Notes: a model not told the origin generated them from the sequence alone. Shown: positions 1 through 9,862, counted from the stretch's first letter. The stretch is 64,000 bases of DNA from Spirochaetia bacterium (GCA_965203905.1 CBDBDQ010000005.1:3488001-3552000); one strand, 5' to 3'. Made by a program: numbers and translations.

Positions 1-2
1 CT

Positions 3-569
3 GATGACGAAGGCAACGTCGTCGCCATGACGCAGACCATCAACGAGCTGTTCGGCTCCAAGGTCACCGTTCCCGGCACCGGCCTGATCCTCAACAACAC
101 CATGGCCATATTCGACCCGCATCCCGGCACCGCCAACGCGATCGCGCCCGGCAAGCGCATGCTCAGCAGCATGTCGCCGACGGTGGTGTTGCAGGATGGC
201 AAGCCGTTCATGGCGCTGGGCACTCCCGGCGGTATGCGCATCTTCCCGACCGTGCTGCAGGCGATCGTGAATGTCATCGACTTCGGCATGACGCTGCAGG
301 AGGCGGTCGAAGCGCCCCGCGTCTGGACTCAGGGTCAGGCATTGCAGGTCGAAGAGGGAATCGCCGAGGAAACCCGGCTGCAGCTTCGCCACATGGGCCA
401 CGAGCTGGAGGTCGTCGCCCGCGTGGCCGGCGGCATGAACGGAGTGCTGTTCGACCACGCGCGAGGGCTGATTCACGGCGCGGCCTGCTGGCGCGCCGAC
501 GGCACCCCCATCGGCATCAGCGGCGGCCCGGCAAAGCCCGGAATCGTCGGCGAGACCTACGTCCTATGA
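3..569 (+). CDS. ggt: Gamma-glutamyltransferase, C-terminal part (5'-truncated by window edge)
   Basis: Frame open from base 3 (DDEGNVVAMTQTIN). Small-subunit motifs FGS..GLILNN, PGKRMLSSMSPT and GTPGG are present. Confidence 0.93.
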   Translation, partial: DDEGNVVAMTQTINELFGSKVTVPGTGLILNNTMAIFDPHPGTANAIAPGKRMLSSMSPTVVLQDGKPFMALGTPGGMRIFPTVLQAIVNVIDFGMTLQEAVEAPRVWTQGQALQVEEGIAEETRLQLRHMGHELEVVARVAGGMNGVLFDHARGLIHGAACWRADGTPIGISGGPAKPGIVGETYVL

Positions 570-1897
570 GGCCACTGTAGCACTACTACCTCTTCGCGGA
601 GTTGCTCGCCGGTCGCGGTCGAAAGGCGGGTGCGGAAGAGATCGATGCCTTCCACACGGTAGCCGAGCGACTCCGCTATGCCGGCGAGCAGGTTGCCGGT
701 ACGGATCATTACACGGAGATAGGAAGCTTGATCACCGACGACATAGGCAAGTCTGGCGCCTGGATTCAGGACGGTTCGCAGTGCCGCAAAATGTTTCGCC
801 ATTCCGCCGAAGTACAGCTTGGTGACTCTTGCGTACATGCGTTCGAAACCGGAGGTCTTTCCCATCTCCAGTCTTCGTCGTTCGATCTTGTTGGCGATTT
901 CCTGAATGGCATCATGCGCGGCTACCTCAAGGTCGTCCGCGTCGCCCTTGTAGACTCCGCGCGTGTTCGAGCGAATGAGGTCCTTCTTGAGCTCCCGCAG
1001 ACCACTCATATCGCGGATCAGACCGAGGATCACCGACTCCAGGCGCGTGGTTCTCGTATAGTCTTTTTCGTTCGGGTAGGGCGGAGAAGTGATTACCGCA
1101 TCCACCGAGCGCGTACGCAGTATCCGGTCGACTCTTCGGGCGTCTCCCCGGCGAATGGACGCTGGGACTCTCGCACGATCGCGCATCTGGGTGAGGCCGT
1201 CGGTAATTGTCCGCATGTGGCCCAGCCACGAATCCACGACCGGCGCATCATCCTTGAGCTTGCCGACACCCACCTCCGGCCCGAACTTGAGGTTGCCGAT
1301 GTCTCGCACCAGAGCACTTGCGAGTGCAAGCCGTCCATAACGTGGTAGTGGGACATCGCCGCAGCCGTCGATTGCGTCAAGCAGGATCAATGTCTTGTGC
1401 AAAGGCAGGGGGCTGATCGAGTCCTTCAACAACAGCTTGTTCTGTTGGGGTGCCAGGCTTCGTAACGGCGCGCGAGTCCCACTCCCAGAGGCGAACAAGG
1501 GAAGGTCGTTCCAGTCGGTATAACCATCCCGCGCGATAGCGCCTCTGGTTCGTTCGGCCACATCCGCTGCGTAGTCGGACAACTCGGAAGGATCGACGGA
1601 CCAGTCCAACTTTACCGAACTGGCAAACCTCGCCATCGGGTTGGACTCGATGCCCACGCTTTCGATGCCGCGTTTCTTGCACTCTACGAGGGTAGTGCCG
1701 GTGCCGGCGAAGGGGTCCAGCACCGTGTCCCCCAGACCCATTCCAAACCGGTCGAGATAGTCCTGTACCAGGTGTGGCGGAAACGACAACACGAACCGGT
1801 ACCACTCGTGGACGGAGCGATCCTGCGGGCGTACGTTGTTCATCCGGCTCTGTGCGCGGCTGCCGGTGTTCGGGCGCGTGGGTGCTGCTCCCGGCAT
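557..1897 (-). CDS. Site-specific DNA methyltransferase, probably N4-cytosine (motif I before motif IV)
   Basis: SAM-binding LDPFAGTGTT near the N-terminus and catalytic VITSPPY later. Start uncertain (1927/1897/1843). Confidence 0.9.
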   Translation of the reverse strand: MPGAAPTRPNTGSRAQSRMNNVRPQDRSVHEWYRFVLSFPPHLVQDYLDRFGMGLGDTVLDPFAGTGTTLVECKKRGIESVGIESNPMARFASSVKLDWSVDPSELSDYAADVAERTRGAIARDGYTDWNDLPLFASGSGTRAPLRSLAPQQNKLLLKDSISPLPLHKTLILLDAIDGCGDVPLPRYGRLALASALVRDIGNLKFGPEVGVGKLKDDAPVVDSWLGHMRTITDGLTQMRDRARVPASIRRGDARRVDRILRTRSVDAVITSPPYPNEKDYTRTTRLESVILGLIRDMSGLRELKKDLIRSNTRGVYKGDADDLEVAAHDAIQEIANKIERRRLEMGKTSGFERMYARVTKLYFGGMAKHFAALRTVLNPGARLAYVVGDQASYLRVMIRTGNLLAGIAESLGYRVEGIDLFRTRLSTATGEQLREEVVVLQWPHRT

Positions 1898-2498
1898 TAT
1901 GTGATGGCGGGCTCCAAGACGAATCACAACCTATACCGACGGCGAGATAATCGCCACGCTTGCATCGACCGTCCCCTTGGTCGGCGCCGGGCGCAAGACG
2001 GCGAGGCCAACGGCGAGGCCAGGGCCATCCCATGCTCAACGACGTCTGAGTCCCGTGTGGGCAAGGGATGTTCTGGAAGTAGTGGCCGAGCGGCGGTGAT
2101 GGCGCCCGGCGCCCTGCCAGATCGCCGCCTTCAAGGTACGTGGTTCGTCCGCTGCCCACCCGCAACGCCGGTCTCCGCCGATGCGTTGCTGCCACGTTGG
2201 GTCGAACTCTCGCGGTAGCCAGCCTTGATGGCGTCACTGCTGGTGGAGTCGGCCACGGTGCGCCGCCGCGGTGCAGGATCCTGCAAAAAGTGCCAAAAAA
2301 ACGCGCTGAGCACTTGACGGGTTTGGCGCTGCTCATAGCGGCCACCTGCCGCACGTTCCGGCCCCTCCGACCCTTCGAATATCCCGCCACGCCCTCCAGG
2401 CCCTCCAGCACCCCGCCAGCGCCGGCCTGAGCCCTGCCCGATGCCGGTCCGGGACTCGCCTAAACTGGGCATTTCTCAGCCATGATTATATTTACGCC

Positions 2499-4085
2499 AT
2501 GGCTACCGCGACCGCTTCCGGCTTCTCCTCCTCGCTCTCCGGGCTCCCCGACCAGGTGCTGCTGGCGCACACCAGGTCCCTCGTCCTGCACGAGCAGGCG
2601 CTGCAGCTTGCCGTCCTCGATCACCTGCGTGAGATCCACGCGCGCCACCTGCACCTGCGCCTCGGCTTCTCCAGCCTGTTCGACTACGCCGTGCGCGAGC
2701 TGGGCTACAGCGAAGGCGCCGCCTGGCGCCGTATCAAAGCCATGCGCCTGTGCTCCGAGACCGCCGGGTCACGCGAACGGCTGCAGGACGGCTCGCTCTC
2801 CCTGAGCGCGGCGGCGCAGTTGCAGAACACCATCGATCTCCTGGAGCGCACTGCCACGGCCGCCGCGGCGGACCCCGGCTCGGCACCCGCGGCACCGGAG
2901 CTGCTGCCGCTCGGCCCGGGAACGGCGCTGGAGGCGGGGGCTTTGGGGGCCGGGGCAGCGGCGCCGGCGCGAGCGGTGCCGGCGCTGGACGCGGCGCAGC
3001 GGCAGGAACTGGTGGCGCAGGCGAGCGGCAAGAGCACGCGCGAGGTGAAGCAGTTGTTGGCCGGGGTAGCTCCCGAGCTGGCGCGGCCGGCCGATCGCAT
3101 GCGGGCGCTGGGCGACGGCCGCTGGGAGTTGAAGGTGGTGATCGACGCCGCGTGTCAGCGCGGGATCGAGCAGCTACGGGCACTGCTGTCGCACGTGGAC
3201 CCGCACCTGACGCTGGGGCAGCTGGTGGAGCGGCTGGTGCAGGACGGCCTGCAGCGCTACGACCCGGGGCGGCCGCCGCGCGGGCGCAGAGGTGGGCGCC
3301 GAGAGGCAAGCGCGGGCCAGGCGCCGGAGCCCCAGGCGCAGGAAAGTCCGGCGGGCGGGGCGACTTCGCCGGCGAAGCGGGGCGCGCAAGAGCAGCCCGC
3401 AGTGCCGCCGCCGGAGGGCGCGATCGCCGGTGGCAGCACCCCGGCGCCGGCAGCGCTGTCCGCAGAGGAACCCGTGCGCGGGACTGGCGGCGCCGGCACC
3501 TCGTCGGTGGCAGCGCTGTCCGCGCCGCCGTCGGGGCGCGAGACTTTCCGGGGCAGCACCCCGGTGCGTGCCAAGCCAGCGGTGGCGGCGCCCGGCACCG
3601 CTCCTTCGGCGGCGAAGTTGGTGGCAGATAGTGGGTCCCGCGCCACCGTACCGACGCCGCCGGCAGACCGGAGCATGCCGACCGCGCCGGCAGCGGCGGA
3701 TCGTGGTCGCAGCGGCCCCTCGCCAGCGCAGCGGGCAGGGGCGGCAACGCGGGCGGGAGCGCAGCTCGATGGCCGTTCGCGCCCGCAGCCGGCGGTCGCC
3801 GGCCCCTCCGGAGGCAGCGCGCAGCCGCCCCACCGGGCGCGTCGATCCCGGTATATTCCGGCACCAGTGCGGCGCGAGGTGTGGCGCCGCGACGGCGGCT
3901 GCTGCAGTTACGTCGATCCGCACAGTGGGCGGCGCTGCGGCTCCCGCTTTCTGCTGGAGCTTGACCACATAGTGCCCTACGCGCTTGGCGGCGGTGCGGA
4001 GCCCGGAAACCTGCGCCTCCGGTGCCGAGCCCACCACCGCTTCCGCCATCGGGAGTACGCGCCGCCGCCAGACGGGACCACGTGA
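2499..4085 (+). CDS. HNH endonuclease with helical N-terminal domain and long Pro/Ala-rich linker
   Basis: C-terminal RYIPAPVRREVWRRDGGCC..RCGS..LELDHIVP..GG..NLRLRCRAHH. N-terminal GFSSLFDYAVRELGYSEGAAWRRI is typical of multicopy HNH/DUF222-like proteins. Confidence 0.88.
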   Translation: MATATASGFSSSLSGLPDQVLLAHTRSLVLHEQALQLAVLDHLREIHARHLHLRLGFSSLFDYAVRELGYSEGAAWRRIKAMRLCSETAGSRERLQDGSLSLSAAAQLQNTIDLLERTATAAAADPGSAPAAPELLPLGPGTALEAGALGAGAAAPARAVPALDAAQRQELVAQASGKSTREVKQLLAGVAPELARPADRMRALGDGRWELKVVIDAACQRGIEQLRALLSHVDPHLTLGQLVERLVQDGLQRYDPGRPPRGRRGGRREASAGQAPEPQAQESPAGGATSPAKRGAQEQPAVPPPEGAIAGGSTPAPAALSAEEPVRGTGGAGTSSVAALSAPPSGRETFRGSTPVRAKPAVAAPGTAPSAAKLVADSGSRATVPTPPADRSMPTAPAAADRGRSGPSPAQRAGAATRAGAQLDGRSRPQPAVAGPSGGSAQPPHRARRSRYIPAPVRREVWRRDGGCCSYVDPHSGRRCGSRFLLELDHIVPYALGGGAEPGNLRLRCRAHHRFRHREYAPPPDGTT

Positions 4086-4214
4086 TCGGCGCTCGCCGGG
4101 GTGCGGGTTGGGCGGTCCGGCGACTGGGCGTCGGTCCGAGGGCAGCGGGAGCAACGACCGGTAGTCGGCTCCTCGCGCAGCGTGGGATAGTCCTGCGGCG
4201 AGGCCGAGCGGTTC

Positions 4215-4242
4215 TTGACACACGCGGCGCGCGGCCTACGAT
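4215..4242 (+). promoter_or_regulatory. Sigma70-type promoter, leaderless transcript
   Basis: TTGACA-16 nt-TACGAT, then 7 nt to ATG 4250; no SD sequence. Confidence 0.65.
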
Positions 4243-4249
4243 GACGCTC

Positions 4250-4960
4250 ATGCGGGTCGACTTTGGCGGTAGGACCGTGATCGTTACCGGCGGCACCGGC
4301 TCGCTTGGCGGCGCGGTGGTGGAGCGCTTCCTGGAGGCGGGTGCACGGGTGCTCGTGACCTACGTAGTAGAGGCGGAGGTTGCGCCGTTCCAGGAGCGGT
4401 TCGCCGCGCATGGGGCGCGGGTGGAGTTGCGGCGTTGCGACCTGCGGCGCGGGGCTGAGGTGGCTGCGCTGTTGGAGCGGGCTGCGGCCGGCTCGCTGCG
4501 CGCCGTGGTCAACCTGGCCGGCGGCTACACCTGGACGCGGGTGGCGGACGCGGACGACGCCGCCCTGGAGCACCTGCTGGACCTGAATCTGCGCACCACC
4601 TTCACCGTGTGCCGGGCGGCAGCCCCGGTTCTGACGGCCGCCGGCGGTGGGGCGATCGTCAACGTGTCGGCGCGCGCGGCGCTGCGCGGCGAGGCCGGCA
4701 ACGGCGTCTACGGGGCGACCAAGGCGGCGGTGCTGGCACTTACCCAGTCGCTGTCGGAGGAGTTGAAGGACGCCGGCGTCAACGTGAACGCGGTGCTGCC
4801 GAGCATCATCGACACGCCCGCCAACCGCGCCGCGATGCCGAAGTCGGACCCCGCCCGGTGGGTGGCGCCCGGCGACCTGGCCAACGTGATCGTGTTCCTC
4901 GCTGCCGATGCCGCCCGCGCCATCCACGGCGCCGGCATCCCGGTCTACGGCCTGGCCTGA
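4250..4960 (+). CDS. SDR family oxidoreductase
   Basis: TGGTGSLG, VNLAG and YGATK (YxxxK) motifs. Confidence 0.93.
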   Translation: MRVDFGGRTVIVTGGTGSLGGAVVERFLEAGARVLVTYVVEAEVAPFQERFAAHGARVELRRCDLRRGAEVAALLERAAAGSLRAVVNLAGGYTWTRVADADDAALEHLLDLNLRTTFTVCRAAAPVLTAAGGGAIVNVSARAALRGEAGNGVYGATKAAVLALTQSLSEELKDAGVNVNAVLPSIIDTPANRAAMPKSDPARWVAPGDLANVIVFLAADAARAIHGAGIPVYGLA

Positions 4961-4973
4961 GGTAGCGCGCGCC

Positions 4974-6566
4974 TCAGCGGTAGATCGTGTCCATCTGCCA
5001 CAGGTCGAGCGAGACCAGGCGCATGTCCCGGCCCTGCGCGCGCAGCGATACCCCGGTGCTGTCGGCCCGGCCCGGATAGACCCGCAGCGCAACGCACTGG
5101 CGGCCGTTCACGAACACCTCGACCACGCTCCGATCCACGAACACGCGCAGCTTCAGCGGCTCCTCGGGGGCCAGGTAGACCGGCGCGGTCTCGGGCGCGC
5201 GTGACAGGGCGTCGGGAAGTATCGAGGAGCGCGAGGAATCGATGCTGATCAGGCTGTCCGCACCGGCGCCGGCGCGCGACGGATGCTGATAGCCGCGCTC
5301 GCGGTAGAACGCGATGCGGGTGAACTCCTGCCGGTCCGGCGCGCGCAGCACGTTCAACTCCACCAGGGGCGCGCCGCAGGTATCGATCTCCAGCGCCAGC
5401 TCGATCGCGGTGCCCTCGATCCCGTCGAGCAGCGTCTCCTCGTTGGCCGGGATGGTGCGGTCGCCGATTCGCGTGTGCGTGCCGCGCAGCGAGGCGATGT
5501 CGCCGGCCGGCTCGATCGCCAGCTCGTTCTCGCCGGCAAGGGTCAGGCGCCGCGGCAGCGACATGATCTGGTTCCAGCCCCTGGTGGGCAGGCCGGGGTT
5601 CATGTTGAAGATGGTCACGATGCCACCGGCGCCGTCCGGGGTCGCCGATGGCGCGTGCACGCCCGCCGGACGGAAGGCGCCGAAGTTGAACTTGCCGTGC
5701 GCGGTGGCGTGAAACTTGACGGCGGCCGGGTCGTAGTCGCCGAGCAGGTACTGGCCGCCGCTCATGTGGCTGAAGTACAGCAGGATGTGGCGGCTCAGGT
5801 CGCCGGAGCCGATCGGCCAGAAGTAGGGGCAGGCGCCGTCGTCGCCGTCGAGGCGATGGCCGTGCCCTTCCACGAACGGGTGCAGGTACTTCCAATGTTG
5901 CAGGTCGTCGGAACGGAACACGAAGTTCATGGGACGCCACGGGTCGCGGCCGTTGGACAGCGCGTAGTAGGTGCCGCCGGCGCGCCAGATGCACGGGTCG
6001 TGGACCCGGTAACGCGCCGCGGCCGATTCGGCGCCGACCCCGGAGGTCACCTGCCCCGGCTGGTTCGGAATGGCCGGCGCCGCCAGCTTCTCCCAGTTCA
6101 GCAGCAGCGGATCGCCGGCGCTTGCCACCACGATGCCCAGATCGGTGCCGTAGTAGGCGGCCAGGACCCGCTCCTCCTCGACCAGCGTGGAGCCGGAGAA
6201 GCAGTTCCTCTCGGGACCGGGGTGGATCGCGTAGGGCAGGTCGCGCCAGTGGATCAGGTCGCCGCTTACCGCGTGGCCCCAGTGGACCCGGTCGTTGTCG
6301 TGGTCCGGCGGGTAGGCCTGGTAGAACAGGTGCCAGTTGCCCCGCCAGTTACAGAGCCCGTTGGGGTCGTTGAGGTTGCTCTCGGGGCTGACGAAGTGAT
6401 ACAGCGGCCGGTGCGGGTCGGCGGCCAGCTTTCGGCGCGATCGGCGCATCCGCGCCAACATCGGGTTGGCCGCCAGCTCCCGTTCCTGCTGCTCCAGGGT
6501 GTCGCCGAAGCGGTAGCGCGGGACGCGGGACGGGGGGAACGGTGGGGTGGTCTGTGCCGTGCTCAC
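4974..6566 (-). CDS. GH32-family beta-propeller glycosidase-like protein (non-canonical active site)
   Basis: NLNDPNG, WHLFYQ, WGHAVS.DL.HW, FSGS, HDP, DDGACP and C-terminal FVDRSVVEVF. GTG start preceded by GGAGG. Confidence 0.9.
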   Translation of the reverse strand: MSTAQTTPPFPPSRVPRYRFGDTLEQQERELAANPMLARMRRSRRKLAADPHRPLYHFVSPESNLNDPNGLCNWRGNWHLFYQAYPPDHDNDRVHWGHAVSGDLIHWRDLPYAIHPGPERNCFSGSTLVEEERVLAAYYGTDLGIVVASAGDPLLLNWEKLAAPAIPNQPGQVTSGVGAESAAARYRVHDPCIWRAGGTYYALSNGRDPWRPMNFVFRSDDLQHWKYLHPFVEGHGHRLDGDDGACPYFWPIGSGDLSRHILLYFSHMSGGQYLLGDYDPAAVKFHATAHGKFNFGAFRPAGVHAPSATPDGAGGIVTIFNMNPGLPTRGWNQIMSLPRRLTLAGENELAIEPAGDIASLRGTHTRIGDRTIPANEETLLDGIEGTAIELALEIDTCGAPLVELNVLRAPDRQEFTRIAFYRERGYQHPSRAGAGADSLISIDSSRSSILPDALSRAPETAPVYLAPEEPLKLRVFVDRSVVEVFVNGRQCVALRVYPGRADSTGVSLRAQGRDMRLVSLDLWQMDTIYR

Positions 6567-6607
6567 AATGCCTCCGAGGCTATATGATGGGCCGCGCAGG
6601 GGGAACC

Positions 6608-7765
6608 GTGGCATCCACACTGAAAATCACCCGCATCGTCATCACCCATTTCCAATATGAACTGCCCGACCTGAGCCTCGATCCGCGCTACGGCTGGGAC
6701 ACGCTGTACACGCCCGGCGCGCGCTGGAAGACCGGGGGCAGCATTCTCACCATCGAGACCGACGCCGGCATTGCCGGCGAGTTGCCGGGCGCCGTGGATG
6801 CCAGGACCGCGCAGTACCTGCTCGGCCGCGACCCGCTGCAGCGCGAGATCATCTGGCACGACCTGAAGCGCTCGCGGCGTTCGCCGGACGGTACCCCGCC
6901 GGGCGCGGTGGACGTCGCGTTGTGGGACATCGCCGGCAAGCGCTACGGCGTGCCGGTCTACCAGCTCCTGGGGGGCTGGCGCAAGAAGCTGCCCTGCTAC
7001 GCCAGCAGCTACCACGGCGACGAGAACGGCGGACTGACCACGCCGCAGGACTACGCCGAGTTCGCGCTGCTGTGCAAGGAGCGCTACGGCTACCCGGCGT
7101 TCAAGATCCACGGCTGGGTCAACCGCTCCATCCACCGCGAGGTGGCGGCGGTGCTGGCGATTCGCGAGGCGGTCGGCGACCAGTTCGACCTGATGCTCGA
7201 CCCGGCCGGTGGCTTCGGCACCTTCGACGACGTGCTGCGCGTGGGGCGCGCGTGCGACGAGGCGCGCTACATGTGGTACGAGGACGCGTTCCGCGGCGGC
7301 GGCCTGTCAGCGTTCGCCCACGCCAAGCTGCGCGAGCTGATCAAGACGCCGCTGCTGATGGGCGAGCACGTGCGCGGCCTGGAGGCCAAGATGGACACCA
7401 TCCACGCCGGCGCCGCCGATTACGTGCGCGCCAGCGCGGCGGCCGACGGCGGCATCACCGGGGTAATGAAGATCGCCGCGGTCGCCGAGGCCAGCGGCCT
7501 CGACGTGGAACTGCACGGCGGCGGGCTGGCGCACCGCCACTGCATGGCCTCGATCCGCAACACCAACTACTTCGAGATGGGAGTCGGCATCCACAAGGTG
7601 CGCGAGACCACGGCGCCGATCTACCCCGACCGCCAGTGGATGGACGAGGTCGACTCGGTCGATGCCGACGGCTGCGTCGACGTGCCGGAGGAGCCGGGCC
7701 TGGGCGTACCGCTGGACTGGGACTTCATCAACGCCCACAAGACCGGGGAAACGACCTACCCGTAG
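6608..7765 (+). CDS. Mandelate racemase/muconate lactonizing (enolase superfamily) enzyme
   Basis: VDVALWDIAGK, KIH, LMLD, WYED, GE and PGLG motifs. Confidence 0.92.
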   Translation: MASTLKITRIVITHFQYELPDLSLDPRYGWDTLYTPGARWKTGGSILTIETDAGIAGELPGAVDARTAQYLLGRDPLQREIIWHDLKRSRRSPDGTPPGAVDVALWDIAGKRYGVPVYQLLGGWRKKLPCYASSYHGDENGGLTTPQDYAEFALLCKERYGYPAFKIHGWVNRSIHREVAAVLAIREAVGDQFDLMLDPAGGFGTFDDVLRVGRACDEARYMWYEDAFRGGGLSAFAHAKLRELIKTPLLMGEHVRGLEAKMDTIHAGAADYVRASAAADGGITGVMKIAAVAEASGLDVELHGGGLAHRHCMASIRNTNYFEMGVGIHKVRETTAPIYPDRQWMDEVDSVDADGCVDVPEEPGLGVPLDWDFINAHKTGETTYP

Positions 7766-7794
7766 CCACGGCCGTTCGGGTCGTCAGGCGATAT

Positions 7795-7823
7795 TTGACG
7801 TAATCTGTCTCGTCAACGATACT
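7795..7823 (+). promoter_or_regulatory. Promoter with overlapping palindromic operator
   Basis: TTGACG-17 nt-GATACT; TTGACG...CGTCAA inverted repeat (7795-7816). Confidence 0.5.
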
Positions 7824-7884
7824 ATCCAGTGGAGTGCGCACCATCGTTATTGGTAACTTTCGTCAGTCTCAAGAGAGGTGTGAT

Positions 7885-8178
7885 GTGGAAGACTTCACCA
7901 AAGTCAAAGATATACTCCGCGAAGCTCTGGAACAACGATTCGATAAGGAAGTCGTTTTCAAGGATATTCACGTCCATCGTGCTGTAGAAAACACTGACTG
8001 CTTGCGTATATTCGTAGTTTATGAAGGTGATCCTGAAGCGTTGGAAATACCCTGGACGGTTGGGCTGGTCAATAGGATTCGTCCGAAACTGTTCCACGCT
8101 GGGATAGAAGAATTTCCGGTTCCGTCATTTATTCCCGAATCAGAGTGGAATCAAGTGCATGCCAGCGATTCAGCATGA
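7885..8178 (+). CDS. Small MNT-like (nucleotidyltransferase-fold) putative antitoxin
   Basis: AT-richer 97-aa ORF with GAGG RBS. Pattern D.LRIFVVYEG..L..IRPKL..FPVPSFI..SEW recalled from small proteins that precede HEPN genes. Confidence 0.55.
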   Translation: MEDFTKVKDILREALEQRFDKEVVFKDIHVHRAVENTDCLRIFVVYEGDPEALEIPWTVGLVNRIRPKLFHAGIEEFPVPSFIPESEWNQVHASDSA

Positions 8179-8281
8179 CCACCTCTTGGATGTGGCTATC
8201 CGGAGCTTTATTCGAGTAAGATCAAAAGACCGGCGAGCCTTCGCTGCCTACGTGCTCCTTCAGCATAGGCAAACGAAATAG
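8159..8281 (+). pseudogene. Collapsed HEPN-like gene (N- and C-termini fused)
   Basis: 40-aa ORF MPAIQHDHLLDVAIR/SFIRVRSKDRRAFAAYVLLQHRQTK overlaps the upstream stop. Both halves resemble recalled termini of HEPN partner proteins. Confidence 0.5.
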
Positions 8282-8358
8282 TGTCTCTTGCCGACTGATG
8301 ACTTCCACCGGGCGCCGGTTCTGTAAGCCAGCACGGGTTGCGGGCGAGGCTCGACGGG

Positions 8359-9852
8359 TCACCAGGGGTTGGCGGCATCGAGCTCCCACTTGAAGATGCC
8401 GGATGCGGTGAGCGCCCCGCCCCGGGAGAAAATCCGGAACTGGCGGCTGTCGTCGCGCAGCGGATAGACGCGCTGCACCAGCACCAGGTCGCGGTTGACG
8501 AAGATCTCGATCACCGAGCGGTCGACGAAGATTACGAGATCCAGCGCCCCGCCGTCGGCCGCGTAAGGTACGACTTGCCGGGTCGCGCCGTGCGGATATC
8601 GCAGCGACGTGTCGGTGCTGGCCCTGGCGAAGTCGACCACGAACTCGCCCGCGCCCCGGCGATAGATGACCGTGGTTTCCTCCTCGCCGTCGGGGGAACA
8701 CAGCAGCTTGATCCCGAACTCGGCGGCGTCCACGGGGGCCAGCGTGATCCTGGCCTCCATGCAGTCCGAGGCGAGCGCCTCGAGCGTGACCTCCTCGCCG
8801 GCGTCCAGCCGCCGATCGTCGACCCGCACCTCGTCGTAGCGCAACGCCTCCAACTCCTCGACCGGCCCGATCTTCAGGCGGTTGTCGGCACCGGGGGAGA
8901 AGTGCCACGGCAGGGTTACCACCCCGGACCAGCCGGTGGCCTCCCAGTCCCTGGCATCGGCGATCCAGCCCATGAAGATGCGCCGTCCGCGGTCGTCGAC
9001 CAGGGTCTCGGGTCCGGCCAGCATGGAGCCGAGCCAACTGAGCTGCCCGTTGCTCTCCGGGAGGAAGCGCTCGTTCTCGTAGCGGCCGATGTAGTACTGG
9101 CACTTGCCGTAGGGGCGGTGGGTGTGCATCAGCAGCATGTGCCGGTCGCCGAACGGGAAGAAATCGCTGCAGGCGCAGTCCTCCTCCTCCGCGGTCCAGC
9201 GCCGCTGCGAGCGGTAGAAGGGGCCGACGTACTCCCAGTGTGCCAGGTCGCGCGACTTGAACAGGCTGGTGCTGTCGCCCTCGTAGCCGGGACGGAAGTT
9301 CTTGTTGCCGATCAGCGCGTACCAGTTGTCGCCTTCCTTCCAGCCGCTCGGATCGAAGATCACGCACTCCGGGAACGCGGAGGAGAGCTTGCGCTCGCCA
9401 CGTTCGCCCGCATCGAGCGGGATCACCGGGTTCTGCGGCAGCGGCACCCAGCGGTCGAGGTCGTCGTCGAAGCTCTGGTAGATGCAGATGCCGCGCCGCG
9501 GCATGTTGGCGATGATGGTGGGGACCTCCGTGCCCTCCAATGCGTCGCCGCTGTTGAAATAGTCGCCGCGCGTGCCGGGCAGCGGCTCGCGCAGCGAAGC
9601 CCGGTGGTAGCGCCAGTGCACCAGGTCGCGGCTGGAGACGTGCTGCCAGCTCGAGAAGTCGCGTTCGCCGGGTGCGTTGCGGATCTTCTGCAGGTAACCG
9701 ATGTGGTAGCGCCCCTTCCAGTACAGCATGCCATTGAGGTCGTTCCACCTGCCCTCCGGCGGCACGAAGTGGTAGCGCGGCCGGTGCCTGTCCGCCACCA
9801 GCTTCTCGCGCAGCTCGTAGCTGTCCATCAGCAGATCGTCGAAGTCGCTCAC
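8359..9852 (-). CDS. GH32-family glycosidase-like protein (non-canonical active site)
   Basis: RWNDLNG, WQHVSSRDLVHW, FDP, EDCACSD and FVDRSVIEIF. Confidence 0.9.
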   Translation of the reverse strand: MSDFDDLLMDSYELREKLVADRHRPRYHFVPPEGRWNDLNGMLYWKGRYHIGYLQKIRNAPGERDFSSWQHVSSRDLVHWRYHRASLREPLPGTRGDYFNSGDALEGTEVPTIIANMPRRGICIYQSFDDDLDRWVPLPQNPVIPLDAGERGERKLSSAFPECVIFDPSGWKEGDNWYALIGNKNFRPGYEGDSTSLFKSRDLAHWEYVGPFYRSQRRWTAEEEDCACSDFFPFGDRHMLLMHTHRPYGKCQYYIGRYENERFLPESNGQLSWLGSMLAGPETLVDDRGRRIFMGWIADARDWEATGWSGVVTLPWHFSPGADNRLKIGPVEELEALRYDEVRVDDRRLDAGEEVTLEALASDCMEARITLAPVDAAEFGIKLLCSPDGEEETTVIYRRGAGEFVVDFARASTDTSLRYPHGATRQVVPYAADGGALDLVIFVDRSVIEIFVNRDLVLVQRVYPLRDDSRQFRIFSRGGALTASGIFKWELDAANPW

Positions 9853-9862
9853 TCATTCCTCC

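Noticed and set aside
1998-2021. Tandem 12-mer ACGGCGAGGCCA x2 (and CCGAGGGCGGCG x2 near 56018-56041)
   Set aside because: Two-copy slippage duplications in non-coding GC-rich DNA; no array.
2499-4085. HNH protein as IscB/Cas9-like nuclease
   Set aside because: No PLMP, split RuvC or bridge-helix motifs; the HNH is terminal; no CRISPR array nearby.
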